From NCBI GenBank assembly GCA_964609085.1, contig CAZSRZ010000001.1, positions 658-64,657 on the forward strand: a stretch of 64,000 nucleotides of DNA, given 5' to 3'. The stretch is from an uncultured bacterium. Its GTDB lineage: Bacteria; Armatimonadota; SYMT01. The notes beneath the pieces are model-generated. The model was given only the letters and a program-made list of their open reading frames with translations. It was not told the origin of the DNA and made no database searches. Made by a program: the position numbers and the translations under genes. Within the stretch, counting starts at the first letter, position 1, and every line of letters starts with the position of its first letter. Below are positions 1 through 9,162 of this stretch, in pieces.

Positions 1-500
1 GTCGGTTCCACCGCCACGTCCGATCGATTTGGGACATCCATCGACACCGAATGGCGCCGTCCATCGGCGAGTCCATTGACGCGCTGATCGCTGACGGCGC
101 TCTGCAGGTGAGCGCTGGACGAATACAGTCCATCTCCCCCCACCTGTCCGGCTTGCGAGTTTGCATCCGGGAACGCCATGGCGGTGAGCGGCGGACGGTG
201 AGCGCCGTCCGCGTGATCAATTGCACCGGCCCGACACCCCGCTTCCACGAGGTGGACTCAGAACTGGTCCGGTCTCTCTGGGCGCAGGGGCTGGCAAATC
301 CGGGTCCTCTCGAACATGGTCTCGCCGTGGACGGCGATGGGGCCCTGCTTGGGTCGGACGGCACTTCGGACGGCCGAATCTTCACGATCGGCCCCACGCA
401 GGTGGGGACTCTCTTCGAGACGACGGCGATGCCCGAGATCAGAGTGCAGGCCGCTCGACTGGCTGGGGAACTGACGCGGCGACTATCTACTGTCGCCTGA
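1..500 (+). CDS. C-terminal fragment of a putative FAD/NAD(P)-binding oxidoreductase-like protein (5' end lies outside the window)
   Basis: ORF 51..500 stays open to the window edge. Composition is protein-like. Family assignment is weak and no catalytic motif was verified. Confidence 0.35.
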   Translation, partial: RFHRHVRSIWDIHRHRMAPSIGESIDALIADGALQVSAGRIQSISPHLSGLRVCIRERHGGERRTVSAVRVINCTGPTPRFHEVDSELVRSLWAQGLANPGPLEHGLAVDGDGALLGSDGTSDGRIFTIGPTQVGTLFETTAMPEIRVQAARLAGELTRRLSTVA

Positions 501-1421
501 CTGGTTCGTCTGCGCGCCCAGCCGGTCGACCAGGGCCAGCGTCAGGTCCGTCATGCCGGCGAGGTCACAGAGATGGCACTCTTCCGTCACCGTGTGCGGG
601 CGCTTCTGGGGCGCTCCGACAAAGACCCAGTCGATGGGGTAGCTGGAGGATTCAAGGGTGGTGCCATCCGAACCACCCGCCGACTCCACTTCCACCTGAA
701 ACGGCAGGCCACTGGCGAAGGCGGCAGCGAGGACTTCATCCAGGAAGCGGCGACGCGGCACGCTGCGGTCCCGCAGCGAGATGGCCGGACCACGACCGCA
801 CTTGATCGACGCTGTGTGCCAGGTGATGTCGGAGATGATCGCCTTACGGATTCCCTCGGCGTAGAGCATCCTGGCGGCGATCGCCGCGCCTTTTCCGCTG
901 TGTTCCTCTCCGGGAGTAAAGTAGACGGCGACATCCGTGGCTGACTCCAGCACCCGCAGCGCGTTCCACACCCCCGCACGGTTGTCGAGGTAGGGACCGC
1001 GCACGCGGTCTTTGCGCACCTGCAGAGGCGCTGCGTACACCCAACGAGAACCCGGCGCACCCTTGCGGCCGCTCAGACTGTAGGTCGTGTGCTCGTCCTT
1101 GCTGCGAACCTTTAGCCTCGCCCTGCCATCGCCTTGCACCTCCGCGAGTTCCTCGCCTCCCTCCGCGTTCGGTCCCCCGATGCGATAAAGCGCCCGGTCA
1201 TACGCCAGCGTGAAGCCGACTGTGTCGATGTGCGCCAGGACGGCGACTTTCGGCGATCCCTTTTGGGCCACCACCAGGTCGCCCACGCGCGACACGGCCA
1301 CGCCCGGGATCGCTTCGGCACGACGCACGCACTCGTCGGCGATGGCACCCTCATCCCCACTGGGACCAGGGATGCCTTGCAGGTAAATCAACAGCTCAAT
1401 CTCGGACCCACTGACGCTCAC
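483..1421 (-). CDS. M42 family metallopeptidase (FrvX/YsdC-like aminopeptidase)
   Basis: Translation has the M42-like N-terminus (SGSEIELLIYLQGIPGPSGDE), the AHIDTVGF metal-ligand block and a DNRAGV block. The track ORF (483..1835) is over-extended. A GTG start at 1421 gives a 4-nt GTGA overlap with the upstream UDG stop. Confidence 0.75.
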   Translation of the reverse strand: MSVSGSEIELLIYLQGIPGPSGDEGAIADECVRRAEAIPGVAVSRVGDLVVAQKGSPKVAVLAHIDTVGFTLAYDRALYRIGGPNAEGGEELAEVQGDGRARLKVRSKDEHTTYSLSGRKGAPGSRWVYAAPLQVRKDRVRGPYLDNRAGVWNALRVLESATDVAVYFTPGEEHSGKGAAIAARMLYAEGIRKAIISDITWHTASIKCGRGPAISLRDRSVPRRRFLDEVLAAAFASGLPFQVEVESAGGSDGTTLESSSYPIDWVFVGAPQKRPHTVTEECHLCDLAGMTDLTLALVDRLGAQTNQSGDSR

Positions 1422-2239
1422 GATGACTCCAGATCGGCGAAGAGGCTGCCCTGGGAGTTCGTCGCCCCGGTTTCCGCTTCCTTTCGAGCACGGCGAATCT
1501 CGAGCACCTTCTCGCGAGCGACCCGGATGTCGTCTACGAGCGCTTGAAAGGCCCGATCGTAGCCGGCACCCTCCTGTCGCAGGATGTAAGCCGGATGGAG
1601 CACCGCCATCGCCCATGGTGCAAGTCCCGTATCCGTGAACCATCGACCGCGCTCGCGGCTGATTCCAAAGCCACGGTGGATCAGGGTATCCGCGGACGGT
1701 CCCCCGATGCAGACAATGACAATGGGCTGCATCACCGAGAGCTGAGCCTCCCACCAGGGACGGCAGGCCTGCACTTCTTCCGCCGTGGGAGGTCGGTTGA
1801 CCGCCCGGCCCTCCCGATAGTCGAAGGCGCGGCACTTGATGATGTTGGTGATGTAGACGTGGTGTCGGAGGATGCCGTTGCGGCGCAGGGCCTCATCCAG
1901 AAGGCGGCCCGCCCGACCCACAAAGGGGCGCCCGGTCGCGTCTTCGGTTTCACCGGGACCCTCCCCAACAAACACGATCGGCGAAGCAGGGTTTCCTTCT
2001 CCAAACACCACCTGCTTTCGAGACTTCGATAGCCCGCATCGGCGGCAGTCTCCGGCCTCGGCAGACAGCGTAGCCAGCGCGTCGGCGGGAGCGGGTCTCG
2101 GCGCGGGCGAACTGCGGACAAGCGGCGATTTGACCCCCTCGCCCGAACAGGGGGTTCCCGGCGACGCCGTCCCGCAGCTAACGGGAGCCTCCGACCAGGG
2201 GATCGGGTTGAGTTGGTCGTCGAACAACGAAAACTGCAT
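1418..2239 (-). CDS. Uracil-DNA glycosylase, family 4 (Fe-S containing)
   Basis: Family-4 motifs GEGPG(ETE) and HPAYILR, plus N-terminal cysteines (CRRCGL) consistent with a 4Fe-4S cluster. Confidence 0.85.
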   Translation of the reverse strand: MQFSLFDDQLNPIPWSEAPVSCGTASPGTPCSGEGVKSPLVRSSPAPRPAPADALATLSAEAGDCRRCGLSKSRKQVVFGEGNPASPIVFVGEGPGETEDATGRPFVGRAGRLLDEALRRNGILRHHVYITNIIKCRAFDYREGRAVNRPPTAEEVQACRPWWEAQLSVMQPIVIVCIGGPSADTLIHRGFGISRERGRWFTDTGLAPWAMAVLHPAYILRQEGAGYDRAFQALVDDIRVAREKVLEIRRARKEAETGATNSQGSLFADLESS

Positions 2240-2242
2240 CGG

Positions 2243-2746
2243 TCACATGGGCAGGCGCAGAGCGTCGAAGCAAGGCCTAAGTCTGTCGTAGCTATCGAAG
2301 AGGCTCTCGGGAAGCACGCGGGTCTCCGCCAGCACCGGCATGAAGTTGGTGTCCCCGTTCCAGCGCGGCACGAGGTGGGCGTGAAGGTGCTCGGCAATCC
2401 CCGCCCCAGCCACTCGCCCCAGGTTCATCCCCATATTGCACCCGTCCGGGTTGTAGACGTCCGCGAGAATGCGAGCGCTGGCGCAGATCAGGGCCATCAG
2501 TTCGGACTGCTCCTCGGGAAGCAATCCCGTGAGGTCAGCGGTATGCCGACGGGGGACGACGAGCAGGTGTCCGTTGTTGTAGGGGAAGAGGTTCATGAGG
2601 ACGAAGCAGAGGCTTCCCTGGAACAAGATCAGGTTCTCCCGATCTTCTCCGGCACCGGGCTTATCGCAGAAGATGCAGCCGGGGGAGGTCTCCGGTCGTG
2701 GGTGCTCGATGTATTTCATCCGCCACGGCGCCCAGAGGTGTTGCAT
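2243..2746 (-). CDS. HIT (histidine triad) family hydrolase
   Basis: Internal Met start (MQHLWAPWRMKYI...). Histidine triad HLHAHLVPR near the C-terminus. The track ORF extends upstream through low-complexity Arg/Ser/Pro sequence that is probably non-coding. Confidence 0.8.
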   Translation of the reverse strand: MQHLWAPWRMKYIEHPRPETSPGCIFCDKPGAGEDRENLILFQGSLCFVLMNLFPYNNGHLLVVPRRHTADLTGLLPEEQSELMALICASARILADVYNPDGCNMGMNLGRVAGAGIAEHLHAHLVPRWNGDTNFMPVLAETRVLPESLFDSYDRLRPCFDALRLPM

Positions 2747-2877
2747 CGGTGCCTGCCTGGTGGTGAGGGGAGGGGTAGGTTCGGGTGGGATGGGCGGTGA
2801 AGGAATGCGGGCCCGGAGTGTGAAGTTTATCCTCGTCAACGAGCGGGCACCCCCGGGACGGGCAGCAACTGGAGATC

Positions 2878-3324
2878 GTGATGGAACTGGTGAAGACTGA
2901 GGCCGAGCGTGAGCTTGGCGAGTACGTTGAAGGCGGCGATGGGATCTTCGTGATCCGTGGCGGCGAGAACTGCCGCAGTTGGAACGGGATCCGCTATCGG
3001 GCGGGGCTTTCCGCCAAGAACACGCCGGCGACGAAGCTCTCGATGAACGTGGCCACGATTCCACCGGGCGGAGTTGCCTACGCCCACATCCACGTCGACT
3101 TCGATGTGATGCTGTACATCCTCCAGGGTCGGGTTCGGCACGAGTACGGCCCCGGATTGCGGCAATCGATCGAAAACCAGGCGGGGGACTTCATCTACAT
3201 CGAACCGGGCGTCCCTCACGAGGTGTTCAACATCAGCGACACCGAGCCCGTCGTAGCCGTTGTCGCTCGCTCGGACGCCAGTGAGTGGGAACACATCGTC
3301 GCGTATGACCGCAACAGTGAGTAG
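2878..3324 (+). CDS. Cupin domain protein
   Basis: 148 aa. Two-His/Glu cupin-like blocks (YAHIHVDFD ... YIEPGVPHEV). Confidence 0.7.
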   Translation: MMELVKTEAERELGEYVEGGDGIFVIRGGENCRSWNGIRYRAGLSAKNTPATKLSMNVATIPPGGVAYAHIHVDFDVMLYILQGRVRHEYGPGLRQSIENQAGDFIYIEPGVPHEVFNISDTEPVVAVVARSDASEWEHIVAYDRNSE

Positions 3325-3336
3325 GCGATCCGCGCT

Positions 3337-4587
3337 GTGAGCGAATCGGAGGGGCAAGCCGAAGCGCGAAGCCTGGATGCCGAGGATCCGCTTCGCGGCT
3401 TCCGCCAGCGCTTTGTCCTCGACGATCCAGGGCTAACCTACCTCGACGGCAACTCACTCGGGCGACTGCCCCGCGAAGCTGTGGAGACGGCTCGACGGGT
3501 GGTGGCGGTGGAGTGGGGGAGCCGACTCATTCGTTCGTGGAACGACGGCTGGATCGACCTGCCCGTCCGCCTTGGGGACAAGCTTGCCCGGATCGTGGGG
3601 GCCCGGCCAGGGAGTGTGTTGCTAGCCGACGCAACCACCGTAAACTTATACAAACTTGTGCACTCCGCGTTGGCAATCCGTCCGGACCGAAGCCACATCG
3701 TTACGGACGACTTCAACTTCCCGTCCGACCTGTATGTCCTTCAGGCGGCTGCTCGGCACTCCGTCACTCGGGTCGCCCATACGGGTTCCACGCCGGACGT
3801 GGAGGCGATCGGCGACGCCATCGACTCGCGAACGGCGCTGCTGACCCTATCGCACGTGGCGTTCAAGAGCGCGGCCCTCTACCCAATGGCGACGCTCACC
3901 CACCTGGCCGCGGAGAGGGGGGCTCTCTCACTTTGGGATCTCAGCCACTCCGCCGGTGCGCTCCCGGTGCCCCTGGCCGAAAGTGGGGCGGACCTGGCCG
4001 TCGGCTGCACCTACAAGTACCTGAACGGTGGACCCGGCGCACCCGCGTTCCTCTACGTCCGACCCGAACTGCAGGGGCAACTTGCCAACCCCATCCCCGG
4101 CTGGCTGGGTCGTGAGGACCCGTTCAGTTTTGATCCAGAGTACGCCCCTGCACCGGGACTCCGCAGACTGCTTACCGGTACCCCGCCGATAGTTTCACTG
4201 GCGCTGATCGAGCCCGGTCTGGACCTCGTCCTCGAAGCCGGGCTCCCGGCGATCCGCGCGAAGTCTGTGCTGCTGACCGAATTCCTCATCCGGAGATGGC
4301 GGGACTCGCTTGAGGAACTAGGCTTTGAGCTCCGCACGCCAGCGGAGCCGGAGTCGAGAGGTTCCCACGTTTCCCTCGGTCACCCGCAGGCCTTCCGGAT
4401 ATGCCAGGCGCTGATCGAACTGCACGGGGTGATCCCGGACTTTCGTGCGCCGGACAACATCAGGCTGGGAGTATCGCCACTCTACACCACTTTCGCGGAA
4501 GTCGAGCGGGCAGTGGAGGCCCTCGCGGCGACGGTCACCACCGGTCAGTACGAGCAATTCTGCGTCGGGCGCCCGGGCGTGACATGA
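3337..4587 (+). CDS. kynU: Kynureninase
   Basis: 416 aa. The N-terminal block (DPLRGFRQRFVL ... TYLDGNSLG) and overall length match kynureninase, a PLP enzyme of aminotransferase class V. The 3' end overlaps the next gene's start (ATGA). Confidence 0.8.
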   Translation: MSESEGQAEARSLDAEDPLRGFRQRFVLDDPGLTYLDGNSLGRLPREAVETARRVVAVEWGSRLIRSWNDGWIDLPVRLGDKLARIVGARPGSVLLADATTVNLYKLVHSALAIRPDRSHIVTDDFNFPSDLYVLQAAARHSVTRVAHTGSTPDVEAIGDAIDSRTALLTLSHVAFKSAALYPMATLTHLAAERGALSLWDLSHSAGALPVPLAESGADLAVGCTYKYLNGGPGAPAFLYVRPELQGQLANPIPGWLGREDPFSFDPEYAPAPGLRRLLTGTPPIVSLALIEPGLDLVLEAGLPAIRAKSVLLTEFLIRRWRDSLEELGFELRTPAEPESRGSHVSLGHPQAFRICQALIELHGVIPDFRAPDNIRLGVSPLYTTFAEVERAVEALAATVTTGQYEQFCVGRPGVT

Positions 4588-5804
4588 GCGGCACGACGAC
4601 GGCCACCGACCCTCCAGGCGCCTGGTCCGCGCTGGCACGGCTGTCAACGGCCTGCCTGTTGGGGATGACGAGCTGGTTTTCGGCAGCGGCAATTCTGCCG
4701 CAACTGCGGGTGGAGTGGGGGCTTGGCGTTGGTGAGACTGCCTGGCTGACCATTGCCGTCCAGCTCGGTTTCGTGGTGGGGGCCCTCGCCTCCGCGCTGC
4801 TGAACCTCCCCGACCTGGTACCGCCGCGGCGGCTGATGTTGCTGGGCTGCCTGGCAGCCTCTGTTGCCAATGGGTTGCTCGCCGTGACAGGACCAGGGAT
4901 GGCAGTTGCACTACGGCTGCTGAGCGGCGTGGCGCTTGCCTTCGTCTACCCGCCGGCTCTCAAAGCCACGGCATCCTGGTTTCGGGTAAGGCGCGGCACC
5001 GCCTTCGGTGTGATGGTGGGTGCCCTCACGCTCGGATCCGCCTTTCCCTACCTGCTGCAAGCCTTTGGTGGTGTTCAGTGGCGGGCGGTGGTGGCCACTG
5101 TTTCGGTCCTGACCCTGGCAGGCGGATGCGTCGCCGAGTGCTCCGCGCGAGATGGTCCGTACCCCTTTCCCCGTGCCGTCTTCGATCCATCCCAGATCCG
5201 ACGAGTTGCGGCCAACCGCGGCGTGCTGCTTGCCAGCCTGGGCTACTTCGGTCACATGTGGGAGCTGTACGCGATGTGGGGATGGGTCCACGCTTTTTTG
5301 CTCGACCGCTTCCTCGGCGCACGCGTGCCGGATCCACGCCTCCTCGCCGGCCTGGGTGCCTTCACGGCGATTGGCTTCGGGGCACTGGGGTGTTGGGTCG
5401 CGGGACACATGGCTGACCGGTGGGGAAAGGCGAATACGGCGGCAGCGGCGATGGTGATCAGCGGCATCTGCTGCCTGATGGTAGGGATCCCGGGCACACC
5501 ACTGCCGCTGCTCGTTGGAATCACCCTCATCTGGGGATTCGCTGTGGTGGCCGACTCGGCCCAGTTCTCTGCGCTGGTGAGCGAGCACGCGGAACAGGCC
5601 TACGTCGGCACCGCGCTCACGCTCCAGCTATCCCTGGGGTTTGTGTTGTCCAGCGCCACGCTCTGGCTCGTGCCCGTGATTCGTGATGTCGCGGCCTGGC
5701 AAGGCGCTTTCTCACTGCTCGCCATCGGCCCGATGCTCGGGATCCCCGCGGTTCTCTCAGCTCGCCGCCATCGCACTGCCGGCGTAACGCCGGTCAGCAG
5801 TTGA
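4584..5804 (+). CDS. MFS-type transporter (12 predicted TM segments)
   Basis: Hydrophobic translation with repeated TM helices. Internal start MSGTTTATD at 4584 overlaps the kynU stop by 4 nt. Confidence 0.75.
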   Translation: MSGTTTATDPPGAWSALARLSTACLLGMTSWFSAAAILPQLRVEWGLGVGETAWLTIAVQLGFVVGALASALLNLPDLVPPRRLMLLGCLAASVANGLLAVTGPGMAVALRLLSGVALAFVYPPALKATASWFRVRRGTAFGVMVGALTLGSAFPYLLQAFGGVQWRAVVATVSVLTLAGGCVAECSARDGPYPFPRAVFDPSQIRRVAANRGVLLASLGYFGHMWELYAMWGWVHAFLLDRFLGARVPDPRLLAGLGAFTAIGFGALGCWVAGHMADRWGKANTAAAAMVISGICCLMVGIPGTPLPLLVGITLIWGFAVVADSAQFSALVSEHAEQAYVGTALTLQLSLGFVLSSATLWLVPVIRDVAAWQGAFSLLAIGPMLGIPAVLSARRHRTAGVTPVSS

Positions 5805-5996
5805 CGGGCACCCTTTCAAGGCCTGAAACAGGGCAGACGCCATCGTTTCGGATGCCGCATTGACGGGATCGCGCGCGGGAGACCAGACGACTGGTTTCCG
5901 GCATCCGCAGATCACAGCCGGCACGTCGGATGTACATAATAGTGATTATCGGAAGTTGTGTTTGGGGCGAGCGTGTGGCAGGCAGGACGATTGGCG

Positions 5997-6938
5997 TTAG
6001 GGTAGTCGGAACTCCCAGCACCGATGGATCTGCTTGTTCCGGAAGTCCAGGGGCACGGTTCGCTTGCTGATCTCGAAGGCGCGATCAGTCCGGATCTCGT
6101 CCGGGCGCAGTCGGAACGAGCGTTGGTTGGTGCTGAAGTAGAGCACCCCCTCCGGCGTCAGCAGATCCAGGCACTGGTTGATGAGTTGAGGATGCTGCTC
6201 ATCCACGTCCAGGAACCCGGTCATCCTCGCGGAGTTGCTGAAGGTCGGCGGGTCGCAGAGGATCAGGTCGAAGCGCTGCCCGCTCCGGGCCGCGTCCGGT
6301 AGCCACCGGAGCACGTCGGCCCGCTCCAGCGTATGCTGCAAGCCGACCAATACGTTGAGATCCAGGTTCCGTTGTGCCCAGTCCAGGTACGTCTTGCTGA
6401 TGTCCACCGTATGGGTGGCGACGGCACCGCCGGCTGCCGCGTACACGGTAAAGGACCCTGTGTAGGCGAAGAGATTCAGGAACCTCTTTCCCGCTGACTG
6501 TTCCCTGATGATCCGTCTGGTTTCGCGATGGTCGAGGAACAGGCCGGTGTCCAGGTAATCGTCGAGGTTGACGAGGAATTTCAGTCCGAATTCCTGCACC
6601 TCTCGTTCACATCGGCTGGACCCGAGGCGGCGGTATTGCTCGCCCTCTGTTCGTCGACCGCGTTCCTTCACGTGCATGCGGTCACGAGAGATCTGGAGCG
6701 CCTCGGCGATTTCTGCAAGCGCACCCTCCATCCAACCGGCCCGAGCCTCCGGGGTCGCGTCCTTCTTCCGAGTGTGGACGTACACGACCAGGTCCCCGTC
6801 ATACCAGTCGAGAATCAACGGGTGGTCCGGGACGTCCCGATCGTAGAGACGGTAGCACGTGACGCCTGTCCGCCGCGCCCACTTCCCAAGGTGCCGGCTC
6901 ATCCGGATCAGCCGGTTGCCCAGCATGCCGATCGCCAC
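5997..6938 (-). CDS. Class I SAM-dependent 23S rRNA methyltransferase, RlmK-like (resembles the C-terminal domain of E. coli RlmL/YcbY)
   Basis: Collinear resemblance to the RlmK domain (LGKWARR..CYRLYD.D.P.., FLNLF.YTGS, DPPTFSNS SAM/PP motif, NKQIH.CW). Confidence 0.75.
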   Translation of the reverse strand: MAIGMLGNRLIRMSRHLGKWARRTGVTCYRLYDRDVPDHPLILDWYDGDLVVYVHTRKKDATPEARAGWMEGALAEIAEALQISRDRMHVKERGRRTEGEQYRRLGSSRCEREVQEFGLKFLVNLDDYLDTGLFLDHRETRRIIREQSAGKRFLNLFAYTGSFTVYAAAGGAVATHTVDISKTYLDWAQRNLDLNVLVGLQHTLERADVLRWLPDAARSGQRFDLILCDPPTFSNSARMTGFLDVDEQHPQLINQCLDLLTPEGVLYFSTNQRSFRLRPDEIRTDRAFEISKRTVPLDFRNKQIHRCWEFRLP

Positions 6939-6942
6939 GGTT

Positions 6943-7992
6943 TCAGCCGCCGATCTGGCTCATGTTTCGCTCTGGCCGGGCGAAGGCGGCCTGGTTGATC
7001 AGGTGTCCCGGCCATTTGGCGGCGACGCAGTCAACAAACGCCCAGGCGAGCGCTTCGTCATCCGCTCCCGCTCTGAGAGGGCTCTTCAGATCGGTCTCGT
7101 CGACTGCAAACAGACAGTTGCGCAGCTTCCCGTCAGCGGTGATCCGCAGACGGTTGCATTGGGCGCAGAAGGGCTCGCTAACGGTCGGGACGATTCCGAT
7201 CTCTCCGCGTCCGTCGAGGAAGCGATAGACGGTAGCCGGATCGGAGTGGACGGCGGCCGAGGCCCGCGCGAGCGGGTACTTGCTCCCAATCGCCACCAGG
7301 ATCTCATCCTGGGTCAGCACCCTATCTGCGTTCCAACCCTCATCGCCATCGAGCGGCATGAATTCGATGAACCGAACCTGGAAGCGCCGGTCCCGGGCCA
7401 GTTCCGCAAACGCCAGGAGTTCGGGCTCCGTAAACCCGCGAATGGCCACCGCGTTGATCTTGATTGGGTTGAACCCCGCAACAGCCGCCGCCTCGATGCC
7501 TGCCATCACCTGAGCCAGGTTGTCCCGCCGGGTCATCTCCTGGAATCGGACCGGATCGAGGCTATCAAGGCTGATGTTCAGTCGATTCAAGCCGGCGGAC
7601 CGAAGCTCGGCAGCTAGTTCGGGCAGGCGCACGCCGTTCGTCGTCAGGCTGAGATCGCGCAAGCCCGGAATCGAGTTCAGCGCCGCCACCAGCCGGCACA
7701 CGTCACGCCGCACCAGGGGCTCCCCGCCCGTGAGGCGGATCTTATCGACACCCAGGCGCACGGCGATGCGCGCCAGGCGCACCAACTCCTCGTAGGTGAG
7801 GATCTCCGCCCGAGGGTGGAAGGTCGTCTCCTCCGGCATGCAGTAGACGCACCGGAAGTTGCACCTATCGGTGATCGAGAGCCGCAGGTTCGTGTGCACG
7901 CGGCCGTGAGAGTCGACGAGTCGACTCGGCAGCTCGCCCCGCGAGGCACTCGGCGCAGGAGTGATGGATCTGAGCTGGATCAGGCCGGACAT
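6943..7992 (-). CDS. moaA: GTP 3',8-cyclase MoaA (molybdenum cofactor biosynthesis, radical SAM)
   Basis: CNFRCVYC radical-SAM CxxxCxxC motif, MoaA-like length (349 aa), and C-terminal cysteines (CAQCNRLR). Confidence 0.9.
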   Translation of the reverse strand: MSGLIQLRSITPAPSASRGELPSRLVDSHGRVHTNLRLSITDRCNFRCVYCMPEETTFHPRAEILTYEELVRLARIAVRLGVDKIRLTGGEPLVRRDVCRLVAALNSIPGLRDLSLTTNGVRLPELAAELRSAGLNRLNISLDSLDPVRFQEMTRRDNLAQVMAGIEAAAVAGFNPIKINAVAIRGFTEPELLAFAELARDRRFQVRFIEFMPLDGDEGWNADRVLTQDEILVAIGSKYPLARASAAVHSDPATVYRFLDGRGEIGIVPTVSEPFCAQCNRLRITADGKLRNCLFAVDETDLKSPLRAGADDEALAWAFVDCVAAKWPGHLINQAAFARPERNMSQIGG

Positions 7993-8046
7993 GACGGAGC
8001 TATGATAGCGCCCAGCCGACCTCCGGACGACGGTTATCGCCCACGA

Positions 8047-8655
8047 TCAAACCCTGGACGCCCGGGGGATCACAAACTTCTCGCCCACGTGAGTCGGGGA
8101 AAACCTGGCCACCTTCACATCCACGAGACCCGCTGTCAATCCGGCCTGTCGCGCGATGGTCTCCGGTACAGTCGCTCGCCGGCGGATCAGCCACACGGCC
8201 CCGGTCTGCTTGATCTGCGCCGATGCCGAGCTCAGTGCCTCAAGATCCGCAACTTGATCAACGCGGATGAACATGATGTCCGCCGCGGCGGTCGGCGGGC
8301 CGATCTCCCCGGCCTCCCCCACCCTGTCCGCCAGTTCCTCCATAAAGTCGCTGTCGTGCTGCCCGATGATGGCGATGCGATGTCCCGGCCTTACCCCTAG
8401 CTTTTCCAACCGCGACGGCGGGTACGCGATGCGTCGCGCCCAGCGCCCTGACTGGCTCCCAAGCTGGAACTCAACCCGGTCTCCGTTCCAGAGCACATAC
8501 ACCGCGCCGCCCATGGCCTCCGCACTCTGCACCTCGGAGAGGGGGATGCGCAGTTGGACGTCGCCGCGCACCCGGATCTCGTCCGACTCGAGTTGGACGC
8601 GCCCCACTGACGACCGCCCCTGGTGGATGACGGTGCAGATCGCTTCAGTTCCCAT
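8047..8655 (-). CDS. Hypothetical protein (about 200 aa)
   Basis: Internal Met start (MGTEAICTV...). Composition is protein-like. No family motif was recognised with confidence. The track ORF is N-terminally over-extended. Confidence 0.5.
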   Translation of the reverse strand: MGTEAICTVIHQGRSSVGRVQLESDEIRVRGDVQLRIPLSEVQSAEAMGGAVYVLWNGDRVEFQLGSQSGRWARRIAYPPSRLEKLGVRPGHRIAIIGQHDSDFMEELADRVGEAGEIGPPTAAADIMFIRVDQVADLEALSSASAQIKQTGAVWLIRRRATVPETIARQAGLTAGLVDVKVARFSPTHVGEKFVIPRASRV

Positions 8656-8677
8656 CTTCGGACTCCTCGGGCGGGGA

Positions 8678-9160
8678 TTACGGGCACTCAGTGCCGTATC
8701 CTGGGGGGATGTTCGCCTTATCGTCTCCGTAGGCCAGTTGGAGCATGTTGAGCTGGCCCTGGAAGTATCCATACAGGTAGGGCAGGTTGAACACGAAGAG
8801 GCGCACGGGCACGGCGTCGCTCCACGGGGCCGGCATCGTTGCGTCCATGTCATCCTCCGTCAGTCTCTGGATGATGGCCACTACCTCGGCCGCGACTGCG
8901 TCCACCTGCTGCTTGGCCACTTCCCGTGAAGTCGCCGGCTCCACCACGACGCGCGTGGTCGGGAATGCGCGCTCGGTGAGCAGGTGGCAAACGAACCGAA
9001 GCACCGTCGTCAGCCGATCGGCGAGTTGGAGCGGCGTCCGGGCCAGACCTCCCGGCGACCAGTCCAACCGGTCATCGGGCACGCACTCGAGTCCGTAATT
9101 GAACCGCGAGCGCGCCATGGCGAGGCTCTTCAGGGTCGCGTCGACTTCCGGTTGGCCCAT
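8678..9160 (-). CDS. DinB/YfiT-like (DUF664) metal-dependent hydrolase-fold protein
   Basis: 160 aa with a DinB-family-like N-terminus (...LECVPDDRLDWSP...). The start may be the internal Met at about 9118. Confidence 0.55.
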   Translation of the reverse strand: MGQPEVDATLKSLAMARSRFNYGLECVPDDRLDWSPGGLARTPLQLADRLTTVLRFVCHLLTERAFPTTRVVVEPATSREVAKQQVDAVAAEVVAIIQRLTEDDMDATMPAPWSDAVPVRLFVFNLPYLYGYFQGQLNMLQLAYGDDKANIPPGYGTECP

Positions 9161-9162
9161 AG

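Noticed and set aside
221-1060. Plus-strand ORFs 221..805, 573..944 and minus-strand 587..1060 overlapping the M42 peptidase gene
   Set aside because: Arg/Pro/Gly/Ser-rich low-complexity translations with no motifs. They are antisense or alternative-frame shadows of the well-supported M42 gene. Such ORFs are typical artefacts at this GC content.
1732-2397. 221-aa minus-strand ORF and 1544..2032 / 1872..2291 plus-strand ORFs overlapping the UDG gene
   Set aside because: Shadow frames of the uracil-DNA glycosylase gene. The translations are low-complexity (RRRR, PPP) and lack any family resemblance.
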